NCBI GenBank assembly: GCA_043805415.1
Contig: JAZDHZ010000045.1
Span: 26,490 to 90,489, forward strand
Direction of reading: 5' to 3'
From: Candidatus Omnitrophota bacterium
GTDB lineage: Bacteria > Omnitrophota > Gorgyraeia > B26-G9
Length of the DNA: 64,000 nucleotides
The position numbers and the translations under genes are program-made. Below are positions 28,728-38,922 of the stretch, one piece after another. The notes under the pieces are model-generated. The model did no database searches, was not told the DNA's origin, and worked only from the letters and a program-made list of their open reading frames with translations. Positions within the stretch are counted from its first letter, which is position 1; every line of letters starts with the position of its first letter.

Positions 28728-29591
28728 ATGTCAAATATAGAATCAAAAGATTTTATACATTATGATGATTTGCCAAAAGAAGAACTGCGGGCATTTAATA
28801 AAATAATTAACAATATTTATCGCCTGCACGGCGTTGATTTTCGGCAATATCGTTCTAAGTGTTTGCGGAGAAGAATTGTTGTCGGCATGCATGATGCTAG
28901 AGTTAATTCCTTTGTTGATTATTTGAATTTTTTAATAAAACATCCCGATGAATATGACAGTCTTTTAGATAGGATTACGATAAATGTATCAGAGTTTTTT
29001 AGAAATCCTGAAACATTCAGTGCTGTGCGTAGAAATGTTATTCCGTCAATTATTCAGGCAAAGAAAGAAATAAACGCGTCTTCTATTCGGGTGTGGAGCT
29101 CTGGATGCGCGACCGGAGAAGAGCCTTACTCTTTGGCAATCCTGTTAAGCGAAGTATTGGCAGAACTTAAAGAGAACCTTAAAATAAGGATATATGCGAC
29201 CGATATTGATAAAGCAGCGCTTAAGCGGGCAGAAGAGGGTATATATAAAGAAAAAGCATTGAAAGAATTAAAAAACTATCAGGTGAACTCTTATTTTCAG
29301 AAAAACGAACAAGGTTTATACGCGATAAAACCTGAGTTTAAAACAATGATCAAGTTTATGTATCACAATATGATTAGTGATCAACCGCTGCAGAGGATGG
29401 ATCTTATTTTTTGTCGAAATGTAATAATATATTTTAGTAAAGAGTTGCAGAAATTAGTTTATGATAATTTTTATAAAGCACTAGCTCCCAAGGGATATCT
29501 TGTCGCTGGAAAGACTGAAAGCTTAATGGATATAAATGAATCATATTTTGAAAGAATTAACCTCCAAGAGCGAGTTTTAAGAAAAAAATAA
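28728..29591 (+). CDS. cheR: chemotaxis protein methyltransferase CheR
   Basis: VSEFFRNPETF and VWSSGCATGEEPYSLAILL SAM-MTase motifs. Confidence 0.8.
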   Translation: MSNIESKDFIHYDDLPKEELRAFNKIINNIYRLHGVDFRQYRSKCLRRRIVVGMHDARVNSFVDYLNFLIKHPDEYDSLLDRITINVSEFFRNPETFSAVRRNVIPSIIQAKKEINASSIRVWSSGCATGEEPYSLAILLSEVLAELKENLKIRIYATDIDKAALKRAEEGIYKEKALKELKNYQVNSYFQKNEQGLYAIKPEFKTMIKFMYHNMISDQPLQRMDLIFCRNVIIYFSKELQKLVYDNFYKALAPKGYLVAGKTESLMDINESYFERINLQERVLRKK

Positions 29592-29614
29592 ACAGTGAGG
29601 TTAAACAAATAACA

Positions 29615-30652
29615 ATGAAGTTTATAAAACAATTAGGTTCTTTGCGGCTTACGTTTATCCTGCTTTTAATCTTAGCTGTTGTATCTATTTTAGGCACAGT
29701 TATAGCTCAAGGAGAAAATGCGCAGTTTTATCTAAAAAACTATGGAGATTTTTTTGGCACAACACTGTTGTTTATTAATGCCAATGATTTATACAATGGG
29801 TGGTTTTATCAGAGCATGTTGTTTGTTCTGGGGATGAACCTTTTAATTTGCACTATTAATAGCTGTAACCATAACTTATTCAAAAATAAGAAAAAACTAG
29901 CTTTATTTTTAATCCACTGCAGCATAATGCTGATTTTTACCGGTTCGGTAGTGAGTAAGGTGAAAAAGTATTCAGAATATGTGACTCTTTTGCCTGGCCA
30001 AACAATAGAGCTTAAACAAGAAAATGCTAAAATAATTTTTAATCAATTTGGGATAGATTATTACAAAGATACAAAACAGCCAAAAGAATATCGCAGTAAT
30101 ATCACGCTGCAGGAAAATAATGGTATTAGCCAAGAACATACCATCATGGTTAATCATCCTTTTCAGTACAAAGGATATGGTTTTTATCAATCAAGCTTTG
30201 AGGTTTTTGCGGATTTAGATCTGGTTATTAGCCATATGGGGCATGTGGTGTGGCAGGGAAACTGGAAGCAGGGAGATTCTTTGCTTTTGCCGGGAGACGA
30301 TAACTTGAGGCTTGAGATCACACACTTTCTTCCTGATGCTGATATTGATCAGGATGGAAAGATAACTCTGCGCGCATATGAATTAGGCAATAGCGCGCTA
30401 TTAATCACCATGTATCGGGATGATGAAGTAGTGGGCAGAGAGTGGATTTTTATTGATGAAAAAACCAACGATATGATTGCTCAGAAAATTCAGGTTTTTG
30501 ATTTCAAAATCAAGCGGTTAGACGTGTTTTATGCTACAATAATTCAAGTTATTAAAGACCCTGGGCTTACGTTTGTTTGGGCCGGGTTTTTGATGTTTTT
30601 TGTGGGCATGATATTATTTCTGTTTCAGAAAGATAATATAAGGAGTGTGTAA
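29615..30652 (+). CDS. ccsB: cytochrome c biogenesis protein ResB/CcsB (system II), short form
   Basis: ResB-like N-terminus (SLRLTFILLLILAVVSILGTVIAQ) and C-terminal TM segment; 345 aa. Confidence 0.55.
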   Translation: MKFIKQLGSLRLTFILLLILAVVSILGTVIAQGENAQFYLKNYGDFFGTTLLFINANDLYNGWFYQSMLFVLGMNLLICTINSCNHNLFKNKKKLALFLIHCSIMLIFTGSVVSKVKKYSEYVTLLPGQTIELKQENAKIIFNQFGIDYYKDTKQPKEYRSNITLQENNGISQEHTIMVNHPFQYKGYGFYQSSFEVFADLDLVISHMGHVVWQGNWKQGDSLLLPGDDNLRLEITHFLPDADIDQDGKITLRAYELGNSALLITMYRDDEVVGREWIFIDEKTNDMIAQKIQVFDFKIKRLDVFYATIIQVIKDPGLTFVWAGFLMFFVGMILFLFQKDNIRSV

Positions 30653-31200
30653 TGTTTCGATTAAGTATGTCCTTGTTTGCAGTTGCCTTAGTTTGCGCGT
30701 TAACTCTAGCGCTTATATATCAAAAGACAGCTCCGGTAATAGAGCGGCAAAAACAAATGCTTTTAGAAAGATCGCTGCAATCTGTATTGGCAGCAGAGAG
30801 CTATCAAAAACATGAAGGGGACATTTTGTATTATGAGGCAAAAAATGATAAAGATAAGCTAATTGGCTGGGCTTTGCCGCTTTCTGGAAAAGGGTATGGC
30901 GGAAATATTCAACTATTAGTCGGGGTTGATATTAAGGAAAATATTACTGGGATACGAGTTCTTGAACATAAGGAAACTCCGGGTTTAGGGTCCAAGATAA
31001 ATGAGATTGAGTACAAACAGACAGAACCAAAATTTTTAAAACAATTTCAAGCTAAGAATATACAAGACATAGTATTGGTAAAAGGAAAAACTGATAAAAA
31101 TATTCAGGCAATAACCGGAGCAACAATTTCATCAAAAGCTGTTGTTGAGGGAGTTAGGCTGGGCGTAGAGAAGTTTTTGAAAACCCGGCAAGTAAAATGA
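30652..31200 (+). CDS. FMN-binding domain (FMN_bind, RnfG/NqrC-like) periplasmic protein
   Basis: Signal peptide/anchor plus ITGATISSKAVVEGV flavinylation-type motif; overlaps neighbours (TAATG, ATGA). Confidence 0.5.
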   Translation: MFRLSMSLFAVALVCALTLALIYQKTAPVIERQKQMLLERSLQSVLAAESYQKHEGDILYYEAKNDKDKLIGWALPLSGKGYGGNIQLLVGVDIKENITGIRVLEHKETPGLGSKINEIEYKQTEPKFLKQFQAKNIQDIVLVKGKTDKNIQAITGATISSKAVVEGVRLGVEKFLKTRQVK

Positions 31201-31823
31201 AACTATATCCAATATGCTTAAAATTAGATAATATTGCTTGTTGTGTTGTGGGAGGTGGAAGCATTGCTCTAAGAAAAGTTAGAACTTTGCTTAAAAGCTC
31301 GAACAATATAACGGTTGTTAGTCCTGATCTTTGCGATCAGCTGAGGCAGCTGCATAAAAAAAAGGCATTTTATTACCAAAAGTCTGAGTATAGAAAAATT
31401 TTTATTAAGAATGCCTTTTTAATAATTGCAGCGACAAATGATCAAAACGTTAACAAAAAAATTGTTGCGGATGCGAATAAAATGGGCAAACTGATTAATG
31501 TTGTGGATGTACCGCAGCAATGTAATTTTTATCTGCCGGCAGTTATTGATAAAAAGGGAATTTTATTATCAATATCAACTCAAGGCGCTTTTCCCGGGCT
31601 GGCAAAGAAAATACGCCAGACTATGGCAGGGATGATAAAAAAATACGCGGATAATATTAGCGTATTAGCTAAGCTGCGGGATGCTATTAAAAATAATTGC
31701 AAAGATGAAAAAATGAAAAAAATGCTGATAGGAAAATTACTTAATGATGTTGTTTTAGATTTAGTTGAAAAAAAGAAGATTCGCAATCTTGAGGATCTTA
31801 AGCTGTATTTGAACATTTTGTAA
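31197..31823 (+). CDS. sirC: precorrin-2 dehydrogenase / sirohydrochlorin ferrochelatase (CysG N-domain-like)
   Basis: NAD-binding CCVVGGGSIALRKVRTLL resembles the siroheme synthase N-terminus. Confidence 0.6.
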   Translation: MKLYPICLKLDNIACCVVGGGSIALRKVRTLLKSSNNITVVSPDLCDQLRQLHKKKAFYYQKSEYRKIFIKNAFLIIAATNDQNVNKKIVADANKMGKLINVVDVPQQCNFYLPAVIDKKGILLSISTQGAFPGLAKKIRQTMAGMIKKYADNISVLAKLRDAIKNNCKDEKMKKMLIGKLLNDVVLDLVEKKKIRNLEDLKLYLNIL

Positions 31824-31846
31824 AATAGATTATTTCCGGAGGGGAT

Positions 31847-32662
31847 ATGTATACGATATTATTCATAGGGGTTTTAATTGCCTATTTAATTAGCGCGGTG
31901 AGTTTTGTAATCTTTGCGATGAATAAAAATGCTTTTTTGGCTAAAATCGCGATGTTTTTTGCTATTTTTGGTTTTGTTGACCATAGCATCACTCTGATAA
32001 TAAGATGGCTTATCTCAGGGTTTCCCCCCATGTCCAATCTCTATGAATCCATGTCATTATTTGCCTGGGCAATCATATTAATATTTCTTATTTTAGAGTT
32101 TAAATTTAAATTCCAGATAATCGGCACCTTTATTATGCCGTTTGCGTATTTAGTGATAGGTTACGCATCATTGCTGGATAGTTCGGTAAAGCCGCTTATG
32201 CCTGCCTTACAAAGCTACTGGCTGTTTATTCATGTGATTACTTGTTTTCTTAGTTATGCGTGTTTTGCCTGCGCTTTTTTTCTCGGGATAATGTATCTTA
32301 TGCAGGAAAGGCAAGTGAAGTCAAAACATATTGGAAAACTTTTTGAACGTTTGCCTGCCTTAGATGTTATGGATAAAATAAATTACAATATGGTGCTTTT
32401 TGGTTTTGTTTTACTGACTGCCGGCATTGCGACAGGTTCTATTTGGGCTCAGCAGGCATGGGGGAACTGGTGGAGTTGGGATCCAAAGGAAACATGGTCT
32501 TTTATCACCTGGTTGGTATATGCGGCTTATTTGCACGCGCGGTTTAATGCCGGTTGGCGGGGTAAAAGAGCAGCTCTGCTTTCAATAATCGGGTTTATTT
32601 CAGTTTTATTTACTTATCTGGGTGTAAGTTTTCTTTTGCCTGGATTACATTCTTATTTATAA
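31847..32662 (+). CDS. ccsA: cytochrome c assembly protein CcsA/ResC (heme exporter, system II)
   Basis: WWSWDPKETWSFITWLVYAAYLHAR contains the W-rich WWD motif and the conserved histidines. Confidence 0.8.
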   Translation: MYTILFIGVLIAYLISAVSFVIFAMNKNAFLAKIAMFFAIFGFVDHSITLIIRWLISGFPPMSNLYESMSLFAWAIILIFLILEFKFKFQIIGTFIMPFAYLVIGYASLLDSSVKPLMPALQSYWLFIHVITCFLSYACFACAFFLGIMYLMQERQVKSKHIGKLFERLPALDVMDKINYNMVLFGFVLLTAGIATGSIWAQQAWGNWWSWDPKETWSFITWLVYAAYLHARFNAGWRGKRAALLSIIGFISVLFTYLGVSFLLPGLHSYL

Positions 32663-32665
32663 TTT

Positions 32666-33715
32666 ATGAATATAAAAATTATTGGTTTTAATCATAAAAC
32701 AGCGCCTATTGGGATAAGAGAAAAGCTATCTTTTCCTAAGGCTGCTTTAGGAAATGCCCTAAGTACGCTTAAGCAGAACTCTGATATTCAGGAAGGTGTT
32801 ATTCTTTCTACCTGTAATCGTGTAGAGATTTATGCTTTAGCCAAAAATGATAAAAAAATAAATGGAGCTCTTTGCGGTTTTTTAGAAAAGTTTCATAATA
32901 TAGATATAAAAGATTTTAAAAATCACTTATATGAATTTGAAGATATTGAGGCAATAAGACATTTATTTAGAGTGAGCAGTTCTCTTGATTCTCAAATCCT
33001 TGGAGAAAACCAAATACTAGGCCAAGTTAAAGAAGCTTTTTTTAGCGCGCGTCAGATTGGCGCGGTTTCGCGGATATTTTCTTTTTTGTTTGAAGAAGCG
33101 ATCAAGGTTGGGAAACGCGCTAGAACCCAGACACAAATAGGCTATGGAGCGGTTTCAATCAGCACGGCAGCAGTAGAAATGGCACGTAAGATTTTCGAAG
33201 ATTTATCGAATAAAAAGATTCTAATAATTGGCGCGGGTAAAATTGGCGAGCTCTCAGCTAATCATTTACGCGGCAGGGGGGCAGAAATGGTCCTAGTTGC
33301 AAATAGAACATTTTCTAAAGCCCAAGAGCTAGCTAAGAAATTTGACGGACAAGCAGTAGAATTTGATAAATTTCCGCAAGCCTTAATCCAAGCAGACATT
33401 GTGATTAGTTCAGTCAGCGCTCCGCATGTTCTGGTTAAGAAAGAAATGATGAGCGAGATTATGATAAAGCGAAAAAACCGCCCAATATTTTTCATAGATC
33501 TTGGCTTGCCCAGAAATATTGATCCAGCAGTAAACACAATATACAATGCATATGTGTATAATTTAGATGATCTGGAAAAGGTAAAAGACGCAAACTTAAA
33601 AGAAAGACTTAAAGAAGCTGATAAGATTGAAGATTTAATCGAGGCGCATTTAATAAAAGTACAAGCCAAATTAAGCCATTTATTAGAAAAAGATGATTCT
33701 AAAAAGTTTAAGTAG
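32666..33715 (+). CDS. hemA: glutamyl-tRNA reductase
   Basis: LSTCNRVEIY active-site motif and GAGKIG NADPH-binding motif; shortened C-terminal dimerisation region. Confidence 0.85.
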   Translation: MNIKIIGFNHKTAPIGIREKLSFPKAALGNALSTLKQNSDIQEGVILSTCNRVEIYALAKNDKKINGALCGFLEKFHNIDIKDFKNHLYEFEDIEAIRHLFRVSSSLDSQILGENQILGQVKEAFFSARQIGAVSRIFSFLFEEAIKVGKRARTQTQIGYGAVSISTAAVEMARKIFEDLSNKKILIIGAGKIGELSANHLRGRGAEMVLVANRTFSKAQELAKKFDGQAVEFDKFPQALIQADIVISSVSAPHVLVKKEMMSEIMIKRKNRPIFFIDLGLPRNIDPAVNTIYNAYVYNLDDLEKVKDANLKERLKEADKIEDLIEAHLIKVQAKLSHLLEKDDSKKFK

Positions 33716-33744
33716 AGGTTATTTTTAGGAGTAATATTAAAGCA

Positions 33745-34671
33745 ATGGGTAAAACAGATATAATTACAATCGGAAGCCGGAAAAGTCTTTTGGCTATGAC
33801 TCAGGCATATTTGGTAGCTAATAGTTTAAAAAAAACATTTCCCAATAATACATTCGTTATAAAAAAAATTATTACCAGCGGTGATCGATTAAAGAAATGG
33901 CCAAAAGAACAGATAAAAGGATTGTTTGTCAAAGAAATAGAGCAGGCTTTGATCAAGGAAACAATTGATATCGCTGTTCATAGCATGAAAGATTTACCTG
34001 TTGATATGCCCGAGGGTTTGGAAATTGCCGCAGTAACCAAAAGAGCTGACGCGAGAGATGTTTTAATTTCCAATTCCGGTAAAGGTTTAGATGCTTTAGC
34101 TAAGCAAAGCTGTATTGGGACTTCAAGCCCCAGGCGCAGGGCACAAATCCTTTTACATCGGCCGGATCTTAAAGTAATAGATATTCGGGGCAATTTAGAT
34201 ACAAGGTTAAAAAAGCTAAAAGATAAGCAATGCGACGCGATTATTGTCGCGGCCGCGGGGATTATTCGTCTTGGCTGGCAGAAGCTAATTACAGAATATA
34301 TTTCTGATGCTGTTATTTTGCCTGCTCCAGGCCAAGGAGTCTTAGGTGTTCAAGTAAGAAAGCAGGATAAAAAGATTAAGGCCATTGTAAACAGTCTTAA
34401 TCATGTGCCATCAAGAATAGCTGTAACAGCGGAGAGAGAATTTCTCAGGAGCATGGGCGGTGGATGTCGTGTACCCATAGGAGCTGTTGCTAAGATAAGA
34501 GCGGGTATTTTAAAATTGGAAGGAATTGTTGCCTCTGATCAAACAAAAGCAGCAAGGGCATTTGTTAAAACAGATAAAAAATACCCTTTGCTCGCGGGAA
34601 GAAAACTGGCTCGAAAAATCAAGAAGCTTTTAAAAACTAAAACAGGCACAAAGGAAAGTATGACCCTATGA
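33745..34671 (+). CDS. hemC: porphobilinogen deaminase (hydroxymethylbilane synthase)
   Basis: IGSRKSLLAMTQA N-terminus and the conserved cofactor Cys in EREFLRSMGGGCRVPIGA. Confidence 0.85.
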   Translation: MGKTDIITIGSRKSLLAMTQAYLVANSLKKTFPNNTFVIKKIITSGDRLKKWPKEQIKGLFVKEIEQALIKETIDIAVHSMKDLPVDMPEGLEIAAVTKRADARDVLISNSGKGLDALAKQSCIGTSSPRRRAQILLHRPDLKVIDIRGNLDTRLKKLKDKQCDAIIVAAAGIIRLGWQKLITEYISDAVILPAPGQGVLGVQVRKQDKKIKAIVNSLNHVPSRIAVTAEREFLRSMGGGCRVPIGAVAKIRAGILKLEGIVASDQTKAARAFVKTDKKYPLLAGRKLARKIKKLLKTKTGTKESMTL

Positions 34672-36131
34672 TAAAAAAGTCTAATCCTTCAGTATTGATT
34701 ATCGATGATGAGGTTATTGTAGCCAAGACCTTAACCGCAGTTCTTCAGGAGAAAGGGTTTGATGTCCGAAGCACTTCATTTGGCAATCAAGGGCTTGAAT
34801 GGCTGGATGAAGGGTTTGATCTGGTGCTTTTAGATTTAAAACTGCCGGATATCGATGGTCTGGATGTGCTGAAAGCCATAAAACGCAGACATCCTTTTGT
34901 CGCGGTTATTGTGATGACTGGATTTGCCAGCGTAGAAACAGCAGTTGCGATCATGAAAGAGGGCGCATATTCATACATAATGAAACCGTTCGAGGTTGAT
35001 CAATTATTAGATTCAATCGCAAAAGCAACAGAAATAAAGCGCAAAGAAAGTGACAAAGATAAGCTTTTAACTAATCTGTCTTTACTTTATCAGGTTAGCA
35101 AAGAAATGGAAGGAGTTCTCGAACTTCAAGGGATTTCTTTAATGGCGGCGCGTTATCTTAGAGAAATATCAAAACTCAATGTTTGCGCGATATTAATCAG
35201 AGTAAAAAATAAAAGCGAATTCTGGTTCGGAGCTTTAGATGGTGTTGACCCGAGAATAACAGATCTTGCGTGCAAGAGTTTTAAACTCGACAAAAATATG
35301 TACGAGCGATTAATAAAAGAAAAAAATGCGGTTTTTTTTCCAGAATTAAAAACAAAATTAGAGATTCTGTCATATATTCCATTGAAAGATCCAAAATCCC
35401 TGTTTATTTTTCCGCTCAATACAGAGAGCAAAGTTGTGGGACTGGCAATGTTTGTCGGAGCGCAAAAGTTTACATTAAACGAAGATACTTTAGAAACAAT
35501 TACCACTATTGGCGGTGAAGTAGCATTATGTATAGAAAATGCGAATCGTTATTTAAAACTAAAAGACAACTATCTGGAAACAGTGAAGGCGCTTGTAAAA
35601 ACAATAGAAGATAAGGATGAATTTAATAAAGGCTATTCAGACGCGGTTGCGGGACTCGCGGTAATTGTTGCTCAAAATATGAAATTGCCGGCTGAAGAAG
35701 TGGAGTGTATTCGGCTTGCTGGATTTTTGCATGATATTGGCCAAATCGCGATTAGCGATAAAATTCTTTTTAAAAAAGATAAATTATCCCCGGAAGAATA
35801 TTTAAAAGTAAAGATGCATAGTCTTGCCTCAACAAATATTATTCGCAATCTTGATGAAGAAAAAAAACTGGTTCCGATTATTTTATATCATCATGAGCGT
35901 TATGATGGCAGTGGATATCCTGAAGGGCTAAGAGGTGAAAGAATACCCATCGGGGCTAGGATACTGGCAGTTTGTGATGCGTATAAAGCGATTATATCAC
36001 ATCGCCCCTATCGCAGAGGATTTACTTCGTATGAAGCTGTTAAAGAACTTGAACGTTGCTCGGGGCAGCAATTTGATCCGTATGTTGTAAAAGTGTTTTT
36101 AGATGCTTTTTATAAAGGGCAGTTAGCATAA
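34668..36131 (+). CDS. response regulator receiver-GAF-HD-GYP domain protein (putative c-di-GMP phosphodiesterase)
   Basis: REC domain (LIIDDE...D...LLDLKLPD), a central GAF-like region, and HD (FLHDIGQ) plus GYP (HHERYDGSGYPEGL) motifs. Confidence 0.7.
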   Translation: MIKKSNPSVLIIDDEVIVAKTLTAVLQEKGFDVRSTSFGNQGLEWLDEGFDLVLLDLKLPDIDGLDVLKAIKRRHPFVAVIVMTGFASVETAVAIMKEGAYSYIMKPFEVDQLLDSIAKATEIKRKESDKDKLLTNLSLLYQVSKEMEGVLELQGISLMAARYLREISKLNVCAILIRVKNKSEFWFGALDGVDPRITDLACKSFKLDKNMYERLIKEKNAVFFPELKTKLEILSYIPLKDPKSLFIFPLNTESKVVGLAMFVGAQKFTLNEDTLETITTIGGEVALCIENANRYLKLKDNYLETVKALVKTIEDKDEFNKGYSDAVAGLAVIVAQNMKLPAEEVECIRLAGFLHDIGQIAISDKILFKKDKLSPEEYLKVKMHSLASTNIIRNLDEEKKLVPIILYHHERYDGSGYPEGLRGERIPIGARILAVCDAYKAIISHRPYRRGFTSYEAVKELERCSGQQFDPYVVKVFLDAFYKGQLA

Positions 36132-36143
36132 GGCAGGGAATTA

Positions 36144-37673
36144 ATGTTAAAGAGAAAAAACCCAAAAGTGTTTCTTGTGGGAGTTGGTCCGGGCAATGAG
36201 CAATTGATCACCCAGGCAGCTTTAGAGTGTATAAAAAATGCTGATGTTATTATTTATGATCATTTAATGTCCGAAGCGCTTCTGGATAATAGAAAGCCTC
36301 AGGCAAAAGTCATTTATGCTGGCAAATTTCCGGGCTCACACACCCTTCCCCAAAAGAGCATAAATGCTTTATTGCTTAAGCACGCAAAAGAGAGCAATAT
36401 TGTTGTACGCTTAAAAGGCGGAGATCCTTTTCTTTTTGGCCGGGGTTCAGAGGAAGCCTTGGTTTTAAAAAAAGCTAGAATTCCTTTTGAAATTGTCCCA
36501 GGAGTAAGTTCAGGCTTTGCGGTTGCTGCTTACAGCGGAATACCGCTGACGCATAGAGGGATATCTTCATATGTTACTTTTGTTACTGGGCATGAAGATC
36601 CAACCAAGCTAGAATCAAGCGTTGATTGGAAAAAATTAGCAGCGCTTGATGGAACTCTGGTTATTTTTATGGGCATGGCAAATTTAAAGCTTATAACCAG
36701 CTTATTGATCAAATATGCTAAACAAAAAAATACGCCGGTATGTATTACTCAATGGGGGACATTGCCTATCCAGCGGTCAGTAATTGGAACGCTTGAAAAT
36801 ATATCAAGCAAGGCAAAAACTGCGGGGATTGATCACCCGGCAATCATTATTATCGGCAATGTAGTTAAATTGCGTAAAGATCTTAACTGGTTTGAGAAAA
36901 AGCCTTTGTTCGGCAAAAAAATATTAATTACCCGGCCTTTATCTTTAGCAAAAGAATTAAGCCAAGAATTGGAAAGGAATGGAGCGCAAACTATTAGTTA
37001 TCCTTTGATTGAAGTAGTTAAGGAAAAAGGCTTACAAGATTATCAGGTGATTGATAAGTTTAAACAAGCTGACTGGGTTTTATTTACCAGCAGAAACGCG
37101 GTTCAAATATGTTTTGATATTCTAGATAAGCAGAATAAAGATGTTCGGTTTTTAAAAGATGTAAAATTTGCTGTGCTGGGATCGCAAACTCAGAATATGC
37201 TTAGAGCCCGGGGAATTATTGCGGATATTGTTCCGAAGAAGTTTTATATGGAAAGCCTGATCAGCGAATTTAAGAACATTGATATAAAAAAGAAAAGAAT
37301 TTTTATCCCGCATTCAAAGCAAGGCAGGCCGATATTAGTTGAAGAGCTGTCCAAACAAGGAGCGATTATTGATGAGCTTTTTGTTTATCATGTTGCTCCG
37401 CCTAAAAGTGCATCAAAACAGCAATTAATGAAATTATTAAAACAGGAGAATTTTGATATTATTACATTTACCAGTTCAAGCTGTGTCCATCAGTTTATGC
37501 GCTTTGCTGATCAGGATAAACAATTACTAGAAAAACAGGTATTTGCCGTTATTGGTCCGATTACAAAAAAAACACTCGAAGGATACGGGTTTCAGGCAGC
37601 AATTGACGCAAAAGTATATACTGCTTCTGGCTTAGTCCGGTCAATACAACAATATAAAGGTGGAAATAAATGA
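36144..37673 (+). CDS. cobA-hemD: uroporphyrinogen-III C-methyltransferase / uroporphyrinogen-III synthase fusion
   Basis: N-terminal SUMT motifs (VFLVGVGPGNEQLIT, GGDPFLFGRG) with a C-terminal HemD-like domain; 509 aa. Confidence 0.75.
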   Translation: MLKRKNPKVFLVGVGPGNEQLITQAALECIKNADVIIYDHLMSEALLDNRKPQAKVIYAGKFPGSHTLPQKSINALLLKHAKESNIVVRLKGGDPFLFGRGSEEALVLKKARIPFEIVPGVSSGFAVAAYSGIPLTHRGISSYVTFVTGHEDPTKLESSVDWKKLAALDGTLVIFMGMANLKLITSLLIKYAKQKNTPVCITQWGTLPIQRSVIGTLENISSKAKTAGIDHPAIIIIGNVVKLRKDLNWFEKKPLFGKKILITRPLSLAKELSQELERNGAQTISYPLIEVVKEKGLQDYQVIDKFKQADWVLFTSRNAVQICFDILDKQNKDVRFLKDVKFAVLGSQTQNMLRARGIIADIVPKKFYMESLISEFKNIDIKKKRIFIPHSKQGRPILVEELSKQGAIIDELFVYHVAPPKSASKQQLMKLLKQENFDIITFTSSSCVHQFMRFADQDKQLLEKQVFAVIGPITKKTLEGYGFQAAIDAKVYTASGLVRSIQQYKGGNK

Positions 37674-38863
37674 TTAATTTTACTAAGCTTCTAGGCGGAA
37701 CACCAAGTATTTCTCAGGCATTAAAAGATGTGAGCAAAAAAGGTAAATCGCCTTTATTTAAGGCATGTAATGCTTCCAGTCCGCTTGTTGTGTTTAACAT
37801 AACAAGAAGATGCAATCTTGATTGTTTGCATTGTTATTTAGAATCAAAAAACAAAAAATACGCGGGTGAATTAACTCTGGAGCAGATCAAAAACACAATA
37901 AATTCGTTGGCGAAAATTAATATTCCGATATTGCTCTTGTCCGGCGGCGAGCCTTTGGCGCATAAAGATATTTTTGAAATAATCAATTACGCCAAAAATA
38001 AAGGGATCCGGGTCGGACTTTCTACAAACGGTACGCTGATTACAAAAACCATTGCTAAAAAACTTAAACAAACAAACATAGATTATGTCGGCGTGAGCAT
38101 CGATGGCGCTAAAAAACTGCACGACAAATTCCGCAATTTAAGCGGTGCTTATAGTATGGCGATTAGAGGTATTCGTAATGCCCAGCAAGCTGGGCTTAAA
38201 ACAGGGGTTAGGTTTACAATAAGTAAAGTCAATGCCCCGGATTTGCCGGCAGTTTTAGATATGTGCGTAAAAGAGAAAATCAGGCGTTTTTGTATGTATC
38301 ATTTGGTGTATTCCGGCAGAGGTCAAGAGCTGGTTAAGCAGGATATTGATAATACCCAAAGAAGGGAAGTAATTGATTTTCTAATTCAAAGCACATTAGA
38401 ATATAAGCGAAAGAAAGTTGATCTTGAAATTTTAACTGTGGATAATCATGCGGATGGGATACATATATATAATTATCTAAAAAAAGACAATCCAAACGCG
38501 GCTAAAGAAGTATTAAAACTGCTTAAATTTCATGGAGGCTGTTCAGCGGGCAGTAAGATTGTTGATATTTCTCCAACCGGAGATGTGTTTGCTTGCCAGT
38601 TCTGGCAGCACGAGACGCTGGGTAATGTTAAGCTAACCGAGTTTAACCAAATATGGCTCAATAAAAAAGACAAACAGTTGTGCAGGCTGCGCTGCAAAGC
38701 TGAGCATTTAAAAGGCAAGTGCGGCCTTTGTCAGTATAAATCGTATTGCGGCGGATGTCGAATCAGGGCTGAGGTTGTGTATAATGATCCTTGGCAGGAA
38801 GATCCGTGCTGTTATTTAACGGAAGAAGAGATTAAAAACAAAAAACTTAAAAAAGCTAAATAA
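37670..38863 (+). CDS. radical SAM/SPASM-domain protein, AhbC/AhbD/NirJ-like (siroheme-dependent heme synthesis inferred from context)
   Basis: CNLDCLHCY radical SAM motif; C-terminal Cys-rich SPASM region (CGLCQYKSYCGGCRIRA); ATGA-coupled to cobA-hemD. Confidence 0.55.
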   Translation: MINFTKLLGGTPSISQALKDVSKKGKSPLFKACNASSPLVVFNITRRCNLDCLHCYLESKNKKYAGELTLEQIKNTINSLAKINIPILLLSGGEPLAHKDIFEIINYAKNKGIRVGLSTNGTLITKTIAKKLKQTNIDYVGVSIDGAKKLHDKFRNLSGAYSMAIRGIRNAQQAGLKTGVRFTISKVNAPDLPAVLDMCVKEKIRRFCMYHLVYSGRGQELVKQDIDNTQRREVIDFLIQSTLEYKRKKVDLEILTVDNHADGIHIYNYLKKDNPNAAKEVLKLLKFHGGCSAGSKIVDISPTGDVFACQFWQHETLGNVKLTEFNQIWLNKKDKQLCRLRCKAEHLKGKCGLCQYKSYCGGCRIRAEVVYNDPWQEDPCCYLTEEEIKNKKLKKAK

Positions 38864-38922
38864 ACTGATACAATAAAGGCTGGGGTCTGAAAAGCGAATA
38901 GTTTATAAATGGAGGGATTAAT

